A stretch of 46,827 nucleotides of DNA from Klebsiella phage vB_Kp_Z1. How positions within the stretch are numbered: position 1 is the first letter of the stretch; each line of letters starts with the position of its first letter. The DNA lies in the sequence record PQ308734.1; one strand, written 5' to 3'. Shown piece after piece: positions 35,073-43,919 of the stretch. The position numbers and the translations under genes were made by a program. The notes beneath the pieces are model-generated. The model did not search any database. It saw nothing but the letters and a program-made list of their open reading frames with translations, and was not told the origin of the DNA.

Positions 35073-35993
35073 ATGAACTTCTCTTTTACTCGTGATACTG
35101 GTGATGGGATTAAAACCACATTCACAATGTCCTTTGCTGGACAGGATGAGGGCTATCTGAATGACTCTAATATCCATGTATACGTTAATGGTACTGAGGT
35201 TCCATTCACAATTAACCCATCAGACCCTAATAAGGTTTACCTCTCAGCTGCCCCAGCTAGTGGGGCTGATGTTCTAATTAGGCGAATCATGCCTAAGAAC
35301 GTGCCATACTCTGACTTTAAGAATGGTAACCCATTCAGTCAGGATACACTGAACTACACTCAGCTACAGCAGCTGTATGTAACTCAAGAGCTTCTTGATG
35401 GGTTCCTACCAGATGGCTTTTACTTTAAGCAAGATGTCAATATGGGTGGTCATAACATTAAGAACCTTGGCGATGCCACTGACCCTGATGATGCTGTTAA
35501 GAAGAAGGTAACTGATGACTTGATTAACAGAGTATCATCACTTGAGGATAACCTTGATGACATTGCAAGTCGTATTGCACCTTGGCGTATAGTAGCAGTT
35601 GGTGGTGAGACTGAAATATCACCCCCATATCACTTTACTACAGCACTTATTGCCATAAATGGAGTTCTGCAAACACTAGGTGATGGCTATGCTTACAAAG
35701 TTGAAGATAACAAGATTAAGCTTGCAGAGCCTCTAAGGGCTGGTGATGAGGTATTTGCACTAATTGGCAGCTACCCTGCTGAGCCAGTCGATGCAGTATC
35801 GGCAGATGAGGTTGGCCTGCTCTATGCAGCATTCTCCTCTGGTACTCCAATAGGGCAAACTTTTCTAGCAAGGGTTGGTGAAAAGGTTACTAATGCCAAG
35901 GCGTTCTTTGATGGTAGCAATGTATATACATCACCTGTACCCCTTACAGGTACTATTACAGCTATCAACTGGCCTGACATAACTATTGTATAG
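35073..35993 (+). CDS. Tail-fibre adaptor protein (T7 gp17 N-terminal-domain-like, 306 aa)
   Basis: GDGIKTTFTMSFAG...IHVYVNGTEV parallels the T7 gp17 N-domain DGSNRDFNIPFEY...VVVTLIGVD. This is the SP6/K1-5 arrangement, in which an adaptor carries separate tailspikes. Confidence 0.7.
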   Translation: MNFSFTRDTGDGIKTTFTMSFAGQDEGYLNDSNIHVYVNGTEVPFTINPSDPNKVYLSAAPASGADVLIRRIMPKNVPYSDFKNGNPFSQDTLNYTQLQQLYVTQELLDGFLPDGFYFKQDVNMGGHNIKNLGDATDPDDAVKKKVTDDLINRVSSLEDNLDDIASRIAPWRIVAVGGETEISPPYHFTTALIAINGVLQTLGDGYAYKVEDNKIKLAEPLRAGDEVFALIGSYPAEPVDAVSADEVGLLYAAFSSGTPIGQTFLARVGEKVTNAKAFFDGSNVYTSPVPLTGTITAINWPDITIV

Positions 35994-36001
35994 GAGGTGC
36001 T

Positions 36002-36235
36002 TTGATTCATGAGAAAGTAGGAGAGGTTGCAGCTGAAGCATTTAAGGCCACGCCACCAACAGTGGTTGTTGGCCTCAACATCTTAGGTTACTCAATCTCT
36101 GAGTGGGTTCAGGTAGCTACACTTATCTACATCTTCTTACAGATGCATGTGTTGGCTGTTAAAAATATAAGTTCATATAAGTCCATGTGGGATTATATTA
36201 AGGAGGTTATTTGTGGCAAGCGTAAGCAAGAGTAA
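36002..36235 (+). CDS. Small membrane protein at the gp17.5 position (holin candidate, 77 aa, TTG start)
   Basis: Two hydrophobic segments (TVVVGLNILGYSI and VATLIYIFLQMHVLAV). AGGAGG lies 6 nt before TTG 36002. Its placement between fibre adaptor and small terminase matches T7 gene 17.5. Confidence 0.45.
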   Translation: MIHEKVGEVAAEAFKATPPTVVVGLNILGYSISEWVQVATLIYIFLQMHVLAVKNISSYKSMWDYIKEVICGKRKQE

Positions 36236-36542
36236 TAAGAATTCAGCCACAGAGGATGATGTTGGTCTTATCCATAAGCTTGTTACTAAGGTCATTACTA
36301 AGAAGCTTGAGAAGTGGTTAGAGCTTATTGATAAAGGTGGTGATGTAGACTTGGTTGTAGATATGAAACAGCTTAAGTCTGCCATTGACTGGTGTGACAA
36401 GAATGGCATCGTATGTGCTGACCCAGCTGAACAAAGCGATAATGAACTTGGTGATAAGCTCTCTGAGATTCGCAAGGCTCAACATGCTCGTGGTGTAGTT
36501 GTTCCATTCAAAGAAGATGATGAGGAGGGCTATGGAACATGA
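36213..36542 (+). CDS. Terminase small subunit (gp18-like, 109 aa, GTG start)
   Basis: AGGAGG before GTG 36213, and an ATGA overlap with the large terminase start. Size and position fit T7 gp18. Confidence 0.5.
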   Translation: MASVSKSNKNSATEDDVGLIHKLVTKVITKKLEKWLELIDKGGDVDLVVDMKQLKSAIDWCDKNGIVCADPAEQSDNELGDKLSEIRKAQHARGVVVPFKEDDEEGYGT

Positions 36543-37078
36543 GGCGTGTTAACAGGAACGACAAGAAGGCACAGTTAGAAATGTGGGAGGAGCTTGAAGC
36601 GATACAGAAAGCTTTCCCCTTCACTGTGCAAGGCTTGTGGCTGTTTGCCTCACTTGTGCTTGAGAAGACTATCGTAGGCTCTCCTCACCTTAATCGCACA
36701 CAGAAAGATATTCTGAGCTTCCTGCTTAACGGTGGGAAGTATATAGGCATACAGGCAAGCCGTGGCATGACCAAGACAGTTATGGCAGCTATCCTCTGCT
36801 GCTTCTGCCTTATTCATATGCCGCACTACCGTATCATTGTATTCTCACAGAACGGCAAGCGAGCTAAGGAGATTGCAGGGTGGGTTGTAAAAATCTTCTA
36901 TGCTATCGACATCCTTGAGGTATTGCAGCCAGATACCTATGCTGGCGACCGTTCATCTATTGAAGCTTTTGACATTCATTGGTGTTTCCGTGGTGCTGAT
37001 AAGTCACCATCAGTTACTTGCTACTCTATTGAGTCGGGTGCTCAGGGTGCTCGTGCTGACCTTATACTCGCAGACGAT
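36539..37078 (+). CDS. Terminase large subunit, exon 1 (ATPase domain through Walker B)
   Basis: GIQASRGMTKT (Walker A-like) and LILADD (Walker B) align with T7 gp19 TSRQIGKST and IYIEDC. The ORF stops 3 codons after the Walker B motif, at 37087. Confidence 0.85.
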
Positions 37079-37928
37079 AAACTTTAACAATGTCGTCTAT
37101 AAACCATTTTAATTCGGTGGAACTCAGCCCTAACATGGGAAGACAATACCGAGCTAGGGCTAACGCCCGAGTGTAACGACTAGCCGAAAGGCGTAGGGCC
37201 AAGTGGCTCGAAACTTATGGGTGCAGTTATATGCACAAGATATAGTCTACTCTGCATAGAGATATGCAGCATCTCTTAAGGAGGTCTAACATGACCAAGC
37301 GTAATAGTGTTAAAGATACATCAGCATTTCGTACCAGAAAGTATGATGTAGGAAGTATCATCAAGACTAAATATGGTGATGTAAAGATACTAGAAATAAT
37401 TAAAGGTTATACAGATAGTGCTGGTAAGAGGTTTCGCACTAGGTGTGTTTGTATCTTCCTAGCCACTGGTTATGTAACTAATTGCCAACTATCTAACCTT
37501 ACTGTCGGTAAGGTGAAGGATATGAGGATGCCAACAGTGTATGGCGTTGGTTACATAGGGTCTGACATCAAGATAACAGCTCGCGGAACTTATGTTCGTA
37601 GGTTATATGACCTATGGGCTAACATGCTTAAGCGTTGTTATTTTAAGTCTGGTACAAGAAATGATGAAATTTACAAGGATGTAAAAGTTGATACAAGATG
37701 GCACAGTTTCACAAACTTTATGAACACTATACAAGACGTAGAGGGGTTTGAGCTGTTTGAAGCAGGGCTTGATGTTGCACTTGATAAAGATATAAAGGTC
37801 AAGGGTAATAAAGTCTACTCAAGAGATACCTGCATGTTTGTATCAACAAGGGATAACACTATTGCAGCACTTAATAAGAGGTGGCATGGAAAGTAACGAA
37901 GCCATGTTAATAAAGGATTGAAAGTTTG
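37079..37928 (+). other. Group I intron (about 850 nt) splitting the large terminase gene, related to the primase-helicase intron
   Basis: P1 is formed by exon GACGAU (37073-37078) and the guide GUCGUC (37092-37097), with a U-G wobble at the splice site. P-like AATTCGGTGGAAC, Q-like AATACCGAGC, R-like GTGTAACGACTAG and S-like AAGATATAGTCTAC follow, then a CTGCATA-GAGA-TATGCAG hairpin. This is the same core as intron 1. The ORF sits 3' of the core. The 3' splice site is predicted after G 37928 (G 37916 is the alternative), which rejoins ADD|QNSRTAQSREWLLEQ with the same D-to-W spacing as T7 gp19. Confidence 0.65.
37291..37896 (+). CDS. Intron-encoded homing-endonuclease-like / DNA-binding protein (201 aa from ATG 37291)
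   Basis: AAGGAGG precedes the ATG. The motif YGVGYIG...RRLYDLWANMLKRCY...VKVDTRWHSFTNFMNTI resembles the W..M..RC / W..F.NF DNA-binding module of phage homing endonucleases. No HNH or GIY-YIG catalytic motif is evident. Confidence 0.55.
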   Translation: MTKRNSVKDTSAFRTRKYDVGSIIKTKYGDVKILEIIKGYTDSAGKRFRTRCVCIFLATGYVTNCQLSNLTVGKVKDMRMPTVYGVGYIGSDIKITARGTYVRRLYDLWANMLKRCYFKSGTRNDEIYKDVKVDTRWHSFTNFMNTIQDVEGFELFEAGLDVALDKDIKVKGNKVYSRDTCMFVSTRDNTIAALNKRWHGK

Positions 37929-39227
37929 CAAAACTCCCGTACAGCTCAGAGTCGTGAGTGGTTGCTTGAGCAGTCATTAGAGTTTGAGTCAATCAACCAG
38001 TACGGTCGTATCATCTACCTAGGCACACCTCAGGGTGTTGAGTCTATCTATAACACACTCCCAGCTCGTGGTTACGTTATGCGTATCTGGCCTGGCCGCT
38101 ATCCAACAGCTGAGCAGCTTGAGTTTTATGGAAAGGCTCTGGCTCCCTTATTCCGTAAGGATATTGAAGCTGACCCAAGCTTGCAAAGTGGCGGTGGGCT
38201 TGATGGTACTATGGGCAAGCCAACAACACCTGCTATGTATGATGAGGAATTGTTGCAAGAGAAGGAGATGAGGCAAGGTCTTGCTAAGTTCATGTTGCAG
38301 TTCATGGTTCATACTGGTATGTCTGACCGTGACCGCTTCAAGCTTAAGCTAGAGAATCTGGTACTCATGAACTTCAATGCCATGCAAGGTGCTGTTATGC
38401 CTGTGTGGAACAGCGACCAGCGTAGCATGTGGCAAGCTGCCCCTCGCTTTGGTACACGTCCACAAGACAGATTTTACTTTGCCATGCAGCAGCCATACAT
38501 CATGCGTGACTTCGACCTAACTGTTATGTTCATTGACCCAGCTGGAGGTGGCTCTCGCTCACAGGATGAGATGGGTTATGCTATAACTAAGCTGTTAGGT
38601 ACTTATGTCTACATATATGATGTTGATGGTGTCAAGGGTGGTTATGAGCAATCAGAGCTGATGAAGCTTGTGCAAGCTGCTAAGGATGCTAAGGTCAACG
38701 TTTGCTATGTGGAAAAGAACTATGGTAACGGTGCTCACTTTGCAATGCTCAAGCCACTGTTTGAGAAGTTCTATCCGGAGTGTAGGCTAGAGGAGATTAA
38801 CTCCTCAGGTCAAAAGGAACTACGTATCATTGATACACTGGAACCACTGCTAGGCCAGCATCGCTTGGTAGTCTCACAGACAGCTGTTATGAAGGATTAC
38901 AACAGCATTCAGAAGTACCCAGCAGAGGTCAAGATGACTTACAGCTGCTTCTACCAACTTGCTCACATAACGAGCGACCGTGGGGCGCTTAGGCATGATG
39001 ACCGCTTAGACGCGCTGGCTGGGGCTGTGGCGCAGATTGTCAACTACATCGACTATGACCAAGAGAAAGCCGAGAAAGAGCGGCAGGCAGAGGCTGACAA
39101 GCATTTCTTTGAGGTTATGGCTAACCCCAATGGATTCGTTCACACGATGATGCATGGTGGTGATTTTATGAGCTATGTTGAGCAACAAAACACCGGAGCC
39201 AACGCCCTCAAGAAATACTTTAATTAA
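37929..39227 (+). CDS. Terminase large subunit, exon 2 (nuclease / C-terminal domain)
   Basis: REWLLEQSLEFESINQYGRIIYLGTPQG aligns with T7 gp19 DSWLAIQPVISSGRRSKIIITTTPNG. The track ORF 37926-39227 starts at a TTG that is unlikely to be real. Confidence 0.85.
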   Translation, partial: QNSRTAQSREWLLEQSLEFESINQYGRIIYLGTPQGVESIYNTLPARGYVMRIWPGRYPTAEQLEFYGKALAPLFRKDIEADPSLQSGGGLDGTMGKPTTPAMYDEELLQEKEMRQGLAKFMLQFMVHTGMSDRDRFKLKLENLVLMNFNAMQGAVMPVWNSDQRSMWQAAPRFGTRPQDRFYFAMQQPYIMRDFDLTVMFIDPAGGGSRSQDEMGYAITKLLGTYVYIYDVDGVKGGYEQSELMKLVQAAKDAKVNVCYVEKNYGNGAHFAMLKPLFEKFYPECRLEEINSSGQKELRIIDTLEPLLGQHRLVVSQTAVMKDYNSIQKYPAEVKMTYSCFYQLAHITSDRGALRHDDRLDALAGAVAQIVNYIDYDQEKAEKERQAEADKHFFEVMANPNGFVHTMMHGGDFMSYVEQQNTGANALKKYFN

Positions 39228-39260
39228 TTGTAATTTTCTCTTAGTTTTCAGGCGTTTGGT

Positions 39261-39283
39261 ATTAGGCACTACAATAGGAGAAG
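39261..39283 (+). promoter_or_regulatory. Phage RNAP promoter, exact consensus (ATTAGGCACTACAATAGGAGAAG), for the tail-fibre gene
   Basis: Identical to the capsid promoter 24139-24161. Confidence 0.7.
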
Positions 39284-39289
39284 CTATAA

Positions 39290-39392
39290 GAAGAACAGTA
39301 AGTATACAGTAGCTATAGTAAGCTATTGTTAGCCCTAGTAGCTACTGTACTTCTTCCTTATTATTTCTTATATCTTATTATAGAGGAGCTAT
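39290..39392. repeat. Imperfect inverted repeat containing TAGTAAGCTAT motifs in the 5' leader of the fibre gene
   Basis: ACAGTAAGTATACAGTAGCTATAGTAAGCTATTGTTAGCCCTAGTAGCTACTGTACTTCTTCC. The arms CAGTAGCTA / TAGCTACTG pair, and the motif echoes the 7207-7253 iterons. Confidence 0.4.
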
Positions 39393-42300
39393 ATGACTAC
39401 ATATAAGCTTAAGCAAGTTAAAACATCAGAGAGCTTTGTAGGGCTTTCTGATACCCCAGCAACCCTTGCTGGAAGTGGTGGTAAAATCCTTAAGGTTAAC
39501 TCATCTGGTACAGGTATTATACTATCTGATGAGAGTAAGTTAGCTCTCTATGAGGATGGTGTATTCCAACCACCTGTTGATGGAATTAACGTAGTTGGTA
39601 TTAGTGTAGATAAAGAGGAGAATGGCATCGCTACAATTAGCGGTGTAGGTCTTCCACTAGCTAACTTACAAGTTGGTGAAGTCATTGCAATTGACCCCGT
39701 CTCAAAGAGAGCTAAGGGTACTGGCATCGTATCTAACGAGAAAGGTGTTTCTGTTGGTGCTGATGGTGTTATTGTAGGACAGCACCGTATAAGCTCCATT
39801 GGTGAGGCTGTAGGTGTTACTAACGTAGCTACTGGTGGAACTACGGTTTCCATTGGTATGCCACTCTCTAGCACTGGTCAGGCTAAGCCAACTTACATCA
39901 GCTTTACCTCAGCACTTACTGAGGTTGTTAGAAATGCTGATGTCACTAACACTATCAAAGACCCTGAGTGGTATGTAGGTCAGCCACAGCTTGATGAAGT
40001 CCTGTTTGGAATCACAATCAAGGATGTTGTATACCCTCAGTCTAATGTGTACTTATATGGCTTTGGGGATGGCAAGGAGCTGTTTAAGGTTCTCCTTGGT
40101 GACTTTGTTGCAGGTACTAATACCTTTGTACTAAGTACACCTGTGGTTATTAAGAATGTTAACTCTATCCAAGTTGCCCTGCTATCTGATTATGGTTCTG
40201 TTTATGTTAAGGGTGATTCAAGTGGAGTACCCGCATACTCAGCTAAGCTCCGCACCTTTGAATACAAACAGCTTATATCTGAACTAGGTATCAAGCAAGC
40301 TGTAGGTGGTACGCCAATAAGTGCAAATAACTTGGTGTTCCCTTCTGCTTCTGTATTTGTTGATAATGTAAGTGGTGATGTAGTAGTTGATACAAGCTTT
40401 GGGGTTGACGATGAGACTACATCTATCCAAGGTGTTGGTAGCCTTAAGTTCAAAGGCGCTACAGTTAAGTCTACAACAGCTTCTAATGGAGAGGTTACAG
40501 CTGAGGTTACAATACCTCCACCAGAAGGTATCACTATCAACAGTGAAGGTTCTACTTTAACTAATGTTGGTGAGATTAACTTACTGCCACCACTTAAGGT
40601 GTCTAGTGACAACACTGGCTCTGCTCGTATTGCCATTGATCATAATGCCTACCAGCAGATGCTACCGCCATCTCATCTGGCTTATTTGACAGAAGAAGTT
40701 AGCTTAGTTGGAAAGATTGGCGACCAGCGTAATCTTCACACTGGAGCAATCTGGTTTGATGACATCATTACACAGAGTGGTGACATCTACACAAGTCGTG
40801 ATGAGAAGGTTTACGGCATCCAAGAGGTTGATGGTCTTGACCCAAACATCACAGGTGGTAATGACTTCCTTATAGCTTACAAGCTTTGTTTTGATGGTGT
40901 TGCACCAGCTGATGGCATTGTACGTATTGCACTTGCTGACCCCACCACAGGCGACTACTTGGTTGATGCCAATGGGTTTGCAATGGTTGCACAGCGTCAG
41001 TATGTAGCTGGTGAAGTCCTTGGTGAGCTACTTGTAGTTGGTGTTGTTAGGGCAACTGCCATCACACCATTCAAGTGTCTGTGCCTTGATAACTTCCAAG
41101 CTAACCTGTTGACTATCAAAGACCGCGGTGAATCTACATCTGGCCTTATGATTCAGTGTATGCTGACTAATGGTAAGACTGGTGAGGCTATCAAGCAGTT
41201 TGAGCTTGATACAGGTTCAAATATAGCTGTTGATAGCCACTACTTTGGTAACATCATTGACAGCCTTGCATATGCATCAAGTCAGAGCATGCCAGCAACA
41301 ACAATACCTGCACTAACAGGTATCAGAGAGGGTGACGGCTGGTTCTTAAACAACACAACTAGTGTTACCCTGTCATCTGGCAGTGGGCTATTTAAGGTAT
41401 CTAGTAGTGGTCAGAATACTGCATACTTCTCATTAGGTAAGATTTTCAATGCTGATAAAACTCAGCTTCTTCGAAACAAGGGGCTGTCAGTAATCAGTAC
41501 ACTAGGGACACCTGATTGTGGGTTCTTGATTAAACTTGCATATTGGACAGGTGCGCCTGATGAGTGCCCAAGTAATATCTTTACAGGGTCACTTAATGAT
41601 AACCCTGTTCTGGCGCAAGGTTGGAACCTGCTAAGTAGCAGTATCTCTTGCCCTGAGGATGTTGTTAATGAGTTCAACACACTTACTGGAAGTTTTGTTG
41701 TACCACCAACAGCAAATAACTTTGCAATCCTAATCTATCCAGTGTCTCAGCAAAATCCTATTAATCTTACTATTAGTAAGTTTGAGATTGGTGCTGTTGA
41801 CCCCTTCACTGGTTACTATGTTAAAGATAGCAAGCTTGTTAGTGAGCAGCATCTTTATAAGGACATAAACTACAACCAGTTGTATATGAACTCAGAGGGC
41901 TACTCTGCACTTCGATATACCATTAACAGCACACCTGTTACTGGTCTACCTATGCCAGTTGGTCATGTTGGTAAAGGCTCAGCTGGTGTTACTATTGATA
42001 GGTCTATTAACCATGTTAGTGGTTTTAATGGCGAAGGTGCTATCAAGTTTAATACTGATGGCAATGTGACAATCAGCACACAGCTGCGTGTTTATGCAGG
42101 TGAATCTGTTCCAGCTGGGACTATGTCTTCAGTAACCTTCTGGTATTCTACTGTAAGCTCAACTGGTGTATTCACTAAGATAGCTGACTCAGAGACTACC
42201 TTCAATGTTACTGGTGGTGACAAGGTTCCCCTGTCAATCCTCATGAAGAAGTTTAAGCTGAGTGTTAAGGCAGGGGATAGAATTGCTTTGTTTGCTAAAG

Positions 42301-42914
42301 CAGCCATCAATGGTGGTGCTTACATACAGGCAGAAGCTGGCTCACCTTCACTTATCACTACTGATATTGTTTATAGTGAATACGTCCCTGTTAACGTACC
42401 AGCAGTTAATGATGCTTTCAGGGCAGTTTACCTAACTGGTACGGCATCTGACATCACACAACAGCTTGCAGCTAACAACACCCCATTGACAGCTATATTT
42501 AGTGCAGTACAGCTGGATTCACAGTCAGTCTCACTTAACACTGCAACTGGAGTTATAACCTTCAATAGGGAAGGTAGCTATAACCTCTCTCTATTAGCAG
42601 ATGTACGTGTTGCATTAACGGGAAGTGTACTCTCGTGGGCTATGTTCCTTGAGACATCAACTGACAATGGTACAACTTGGACAGCTGTAGATGGTTCTAC
42701 CCGTAGGCTTGTATTTGATGGCCAGAATGCAAATGACCAAAAGTCTGCTAATTTAATAATGCCAATCAAGGTTGTTGTAGGCCAGCTGTTCAGAGTTCGC
42801 CATGTAACAACTGCATCTAACCGTCAGGTATCTATTGTATCAAGAGCAGCAAGTGGTGGTGCGCCATCATCAGCTGGTTTGATTCTAGGCATATCTAGCG
42901 TATATGACATCTAA
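39393..42914 (+). CDS. Tail fibre / receptor-binding protein (1173 aa)
   Basis: Long ORF, rich in G/T/S/V/N, behind a consensus late promoter. It has no gp17-like N-domain, consistent with attachment through the adaptor 35073-35993. Confidence 0.8.
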   Translation: MTTYKLKQVKTSESFVGLSDTPATLAGSGGKILKVNSSGTGIILSDESKLALYEDGVFQPPVDGINVVGISVDKEENGIATISGVGLPLANLQVGEVIAIDPVSKRAKGTGIVSNEKGVSVGADGVIVGQHRISSIGEAVGVTNVATGGTTVSIGMPLSSTGQAKPTYISFTSALTEVVRNADVTNTIKDPEWYVGQPQLDEVLFGITIKDVVYPQSNVYLYGFGDGKELFKVLLGDFVAGTNTFVLSTPVVIKNVNSIQVALLSDYGSVYVKGDSSGVPAYSAKLRTFEYKQLISELGIKQAVGGTPISANNLVFPSASVFVDNVSGDVVVDTSFGVDDETTSIQGVGSLKFKGATVKSTTASNGEVTAEVTIPPPEGITINSEGSTLTNVGEINLLPPLKVSSDNTGSARIAIDHNAYQQMLPPSHLAYLTEEVSLVGKIGDQRNLHTGAIWFDDIITQSGDIYTSRDEKVYGIQEVDGLDPNITGGNDFLIAYKLCFDGVAPADGIVRIALADPTTGDYLVDANGFAMVAQRQYVAGEVLGELLVVGVVRATAITPFKCLCLDNFQANLLTIKDRGESTSGLMIQCMLTNGKTGEAIKQFELDTGSNIAVDSHYFGNIIDSLAYASSQSMPATTIPALTGIREGDGWFLNNTTSVTLSSGSGLFKVSSSGQNTAYFSLGKIFNADKTQLLRNKGLSVISTLGTPDCGFLIKLAYWTGAPDECPSNIFTGSLNDNPVLAQGWNLLSSSISCPEDVVNEFNTLTGSFVVPPTANNFAILIYPVSQQNPINLTISKFEIGAVDPFTGYYVKDSKLVSEQHLYKDINYNQLYMNSEGYSALRYTINSTPVTGLPMPVGHVGKGSAGVTIDRSINHVSGFNGEGAIKFNTDGNVTISTQLRVYAGESVPAGTMSSVTFWYSTVSSTGVFTKIADSETTFNVTGGDKVPLSILMKKFKLSVKAGDRIALFAKAAINGGAYIQAEAGSPSLITTDIVYSEYVPVNVPAVNDAFRAVYLTGTASDITQQLAANNTPLTAIFSAVQLDSQSVSLNTATGVITFNREGSYNLSLLADVRVALTGSVLSWAMFLETSTDNGTTWTAVDGSTRRLVFDGQNANDQKSANLIMPIKVVVGQLFRVRHVTTASNRQVSIVSRAASGGAPSSAGLILGISSVYDI

Positions 42915-42927
42915 GGAGATTTAATTT

Positions 42928-43206
42928 ATGCCACGTAACGTAACTGGTGATTCACCAAAGTCTGTACAAACTCAGTCTGTTTCTATGCTGCCAGTGGCTA
43001 TTGTCACTCAGGTTGACTTGGCTAGCGCAGTTCACCCTATCAACGATACTACCAAGTCTGGTAAGCAAGTTGGTGGCCTCGTCTACGTCAAGCTTACGGA
43101 TGGTGGTCATGTATGCATCGCAATCGCTCAAGGTTCTGCCGCTACTGATAAGTGGCTCATCCTTGGTATGGCTGCAACTGGCTCCATCGAAGTAGAACCA
43201 GCTTAA
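42928..43206 (+). CDS. Hypothetical protein (92 aa), possibly a fibre-associated or assembly factor
   Basis: Follows the fibre gene by 13 nt, with AAGGAGA upstream. Confidence 0.5.
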   Translation: MPRNVTGDSPKSVQTQSVSMLPVAIVTQVDLASAVHPINDTTKSGKQVGGLVYVKLTDGGHVCIAIAQGSAATDKWLILGMAATGSIEVEPA

Positions 43207-43249
43207 TAAGGTTGGTCAGTCTAGTACGCTAGACTGGCCTCTTTCTATT

Positions 43250-43807
43250 ATGAATACATTGTTAATACTACTTGCGTTAATAAATCCTGTTCAGCAGTTA
43301 GAGCAAGATTTATCAAAGCACCTAGAAATTTATACACACCAAGGAGGTTCCGAGTTGAATCGCAGGCAATTCCAGCGCTATGTATTGCGCCCATCCCTTG
43401 AGAAGCTTGGTCTATACTCACCACAAGCAGAGCGACTGCTGACGATGATTGTAGCTCATGAGTCCCTCAAGGGTCATTATATTGTACAGACAACTGGACA
43501 GGCTAAAGGCTTGTATCAGATGGAGAATGCAACGCATGATGATGTTCTGCGTTGGGTACATAAGAACCGCCCTGAGCTGTATCGTCAGATTGTTGAGATG
43601 GGTGATGGTCAGCCGTCAGCAGTTAAGATGATCACTGACATGGACTATGCAACAGCTATGGCTCGCGCATTCTTCCTCCGCTTTCCAGAAGCGTTGCCGA
43701 CAGGCAACGACGAGGAGCTTGCTGCTTATGCTAAGAAGCGTTGGAACACTCACTTAGGTAAGGCCACTCCTGATGACTACTTGAAGGCTTACCGGTCTTG
43801 GAAGTAA
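43250..43807 (+). CDS. Lytic transglycosylase (SLT-domain) endolysin candidate (185 aa)
   Basis: AHESLKGHYIVQTTGQAKGLYQM fits the SLT signature (catalytic E-S, then G..GL.Q). A short hydrophobic N-terminus (LLILLALI) is present. A GTCTAGTACGCTAGAC palindrome lies 15 nt upstream. Confidence 0.6.
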   Translation: MNTLLILLALINPVQQLEQDLSKHLEIYTHQGGSELNRRQFQRYVLRPSLEKLGLYSPQAERLLTMIVAHESLKGHYIVQTTGQAKGLYQMENATHDDVLRWVHKNRPELYRQIVEMGDGQPSAVKMITDMDYATAMARAFFLRFPEALPTGNDEELAAYAKKRWNTHLGKATPDDYLKAYRSWK

Positions 43808-43919
43808 ATTGCAGCAGCTGGTGTCAGCTTAAGTGGCAGGAGGCAGTTGAGTCAGGTGATGATGAAGCTGCTAATAACTATCTACAGCTCTTTGAGCTAT
43901 GGACTAGTAGAGGTATGTA

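Noticed and set aside
37917-37928. Alternative 3' splice site after G 37916 for intron 2
   Set aside because: It also preserves the frame (giving ADD|IESLQNSRTAQSREW), but it lengthens the Walker B to Trp spacing by 4 residues relative to T7 gp19. Splicing after G 37928 is preferred, and the choice is left open for experimental confirmation.
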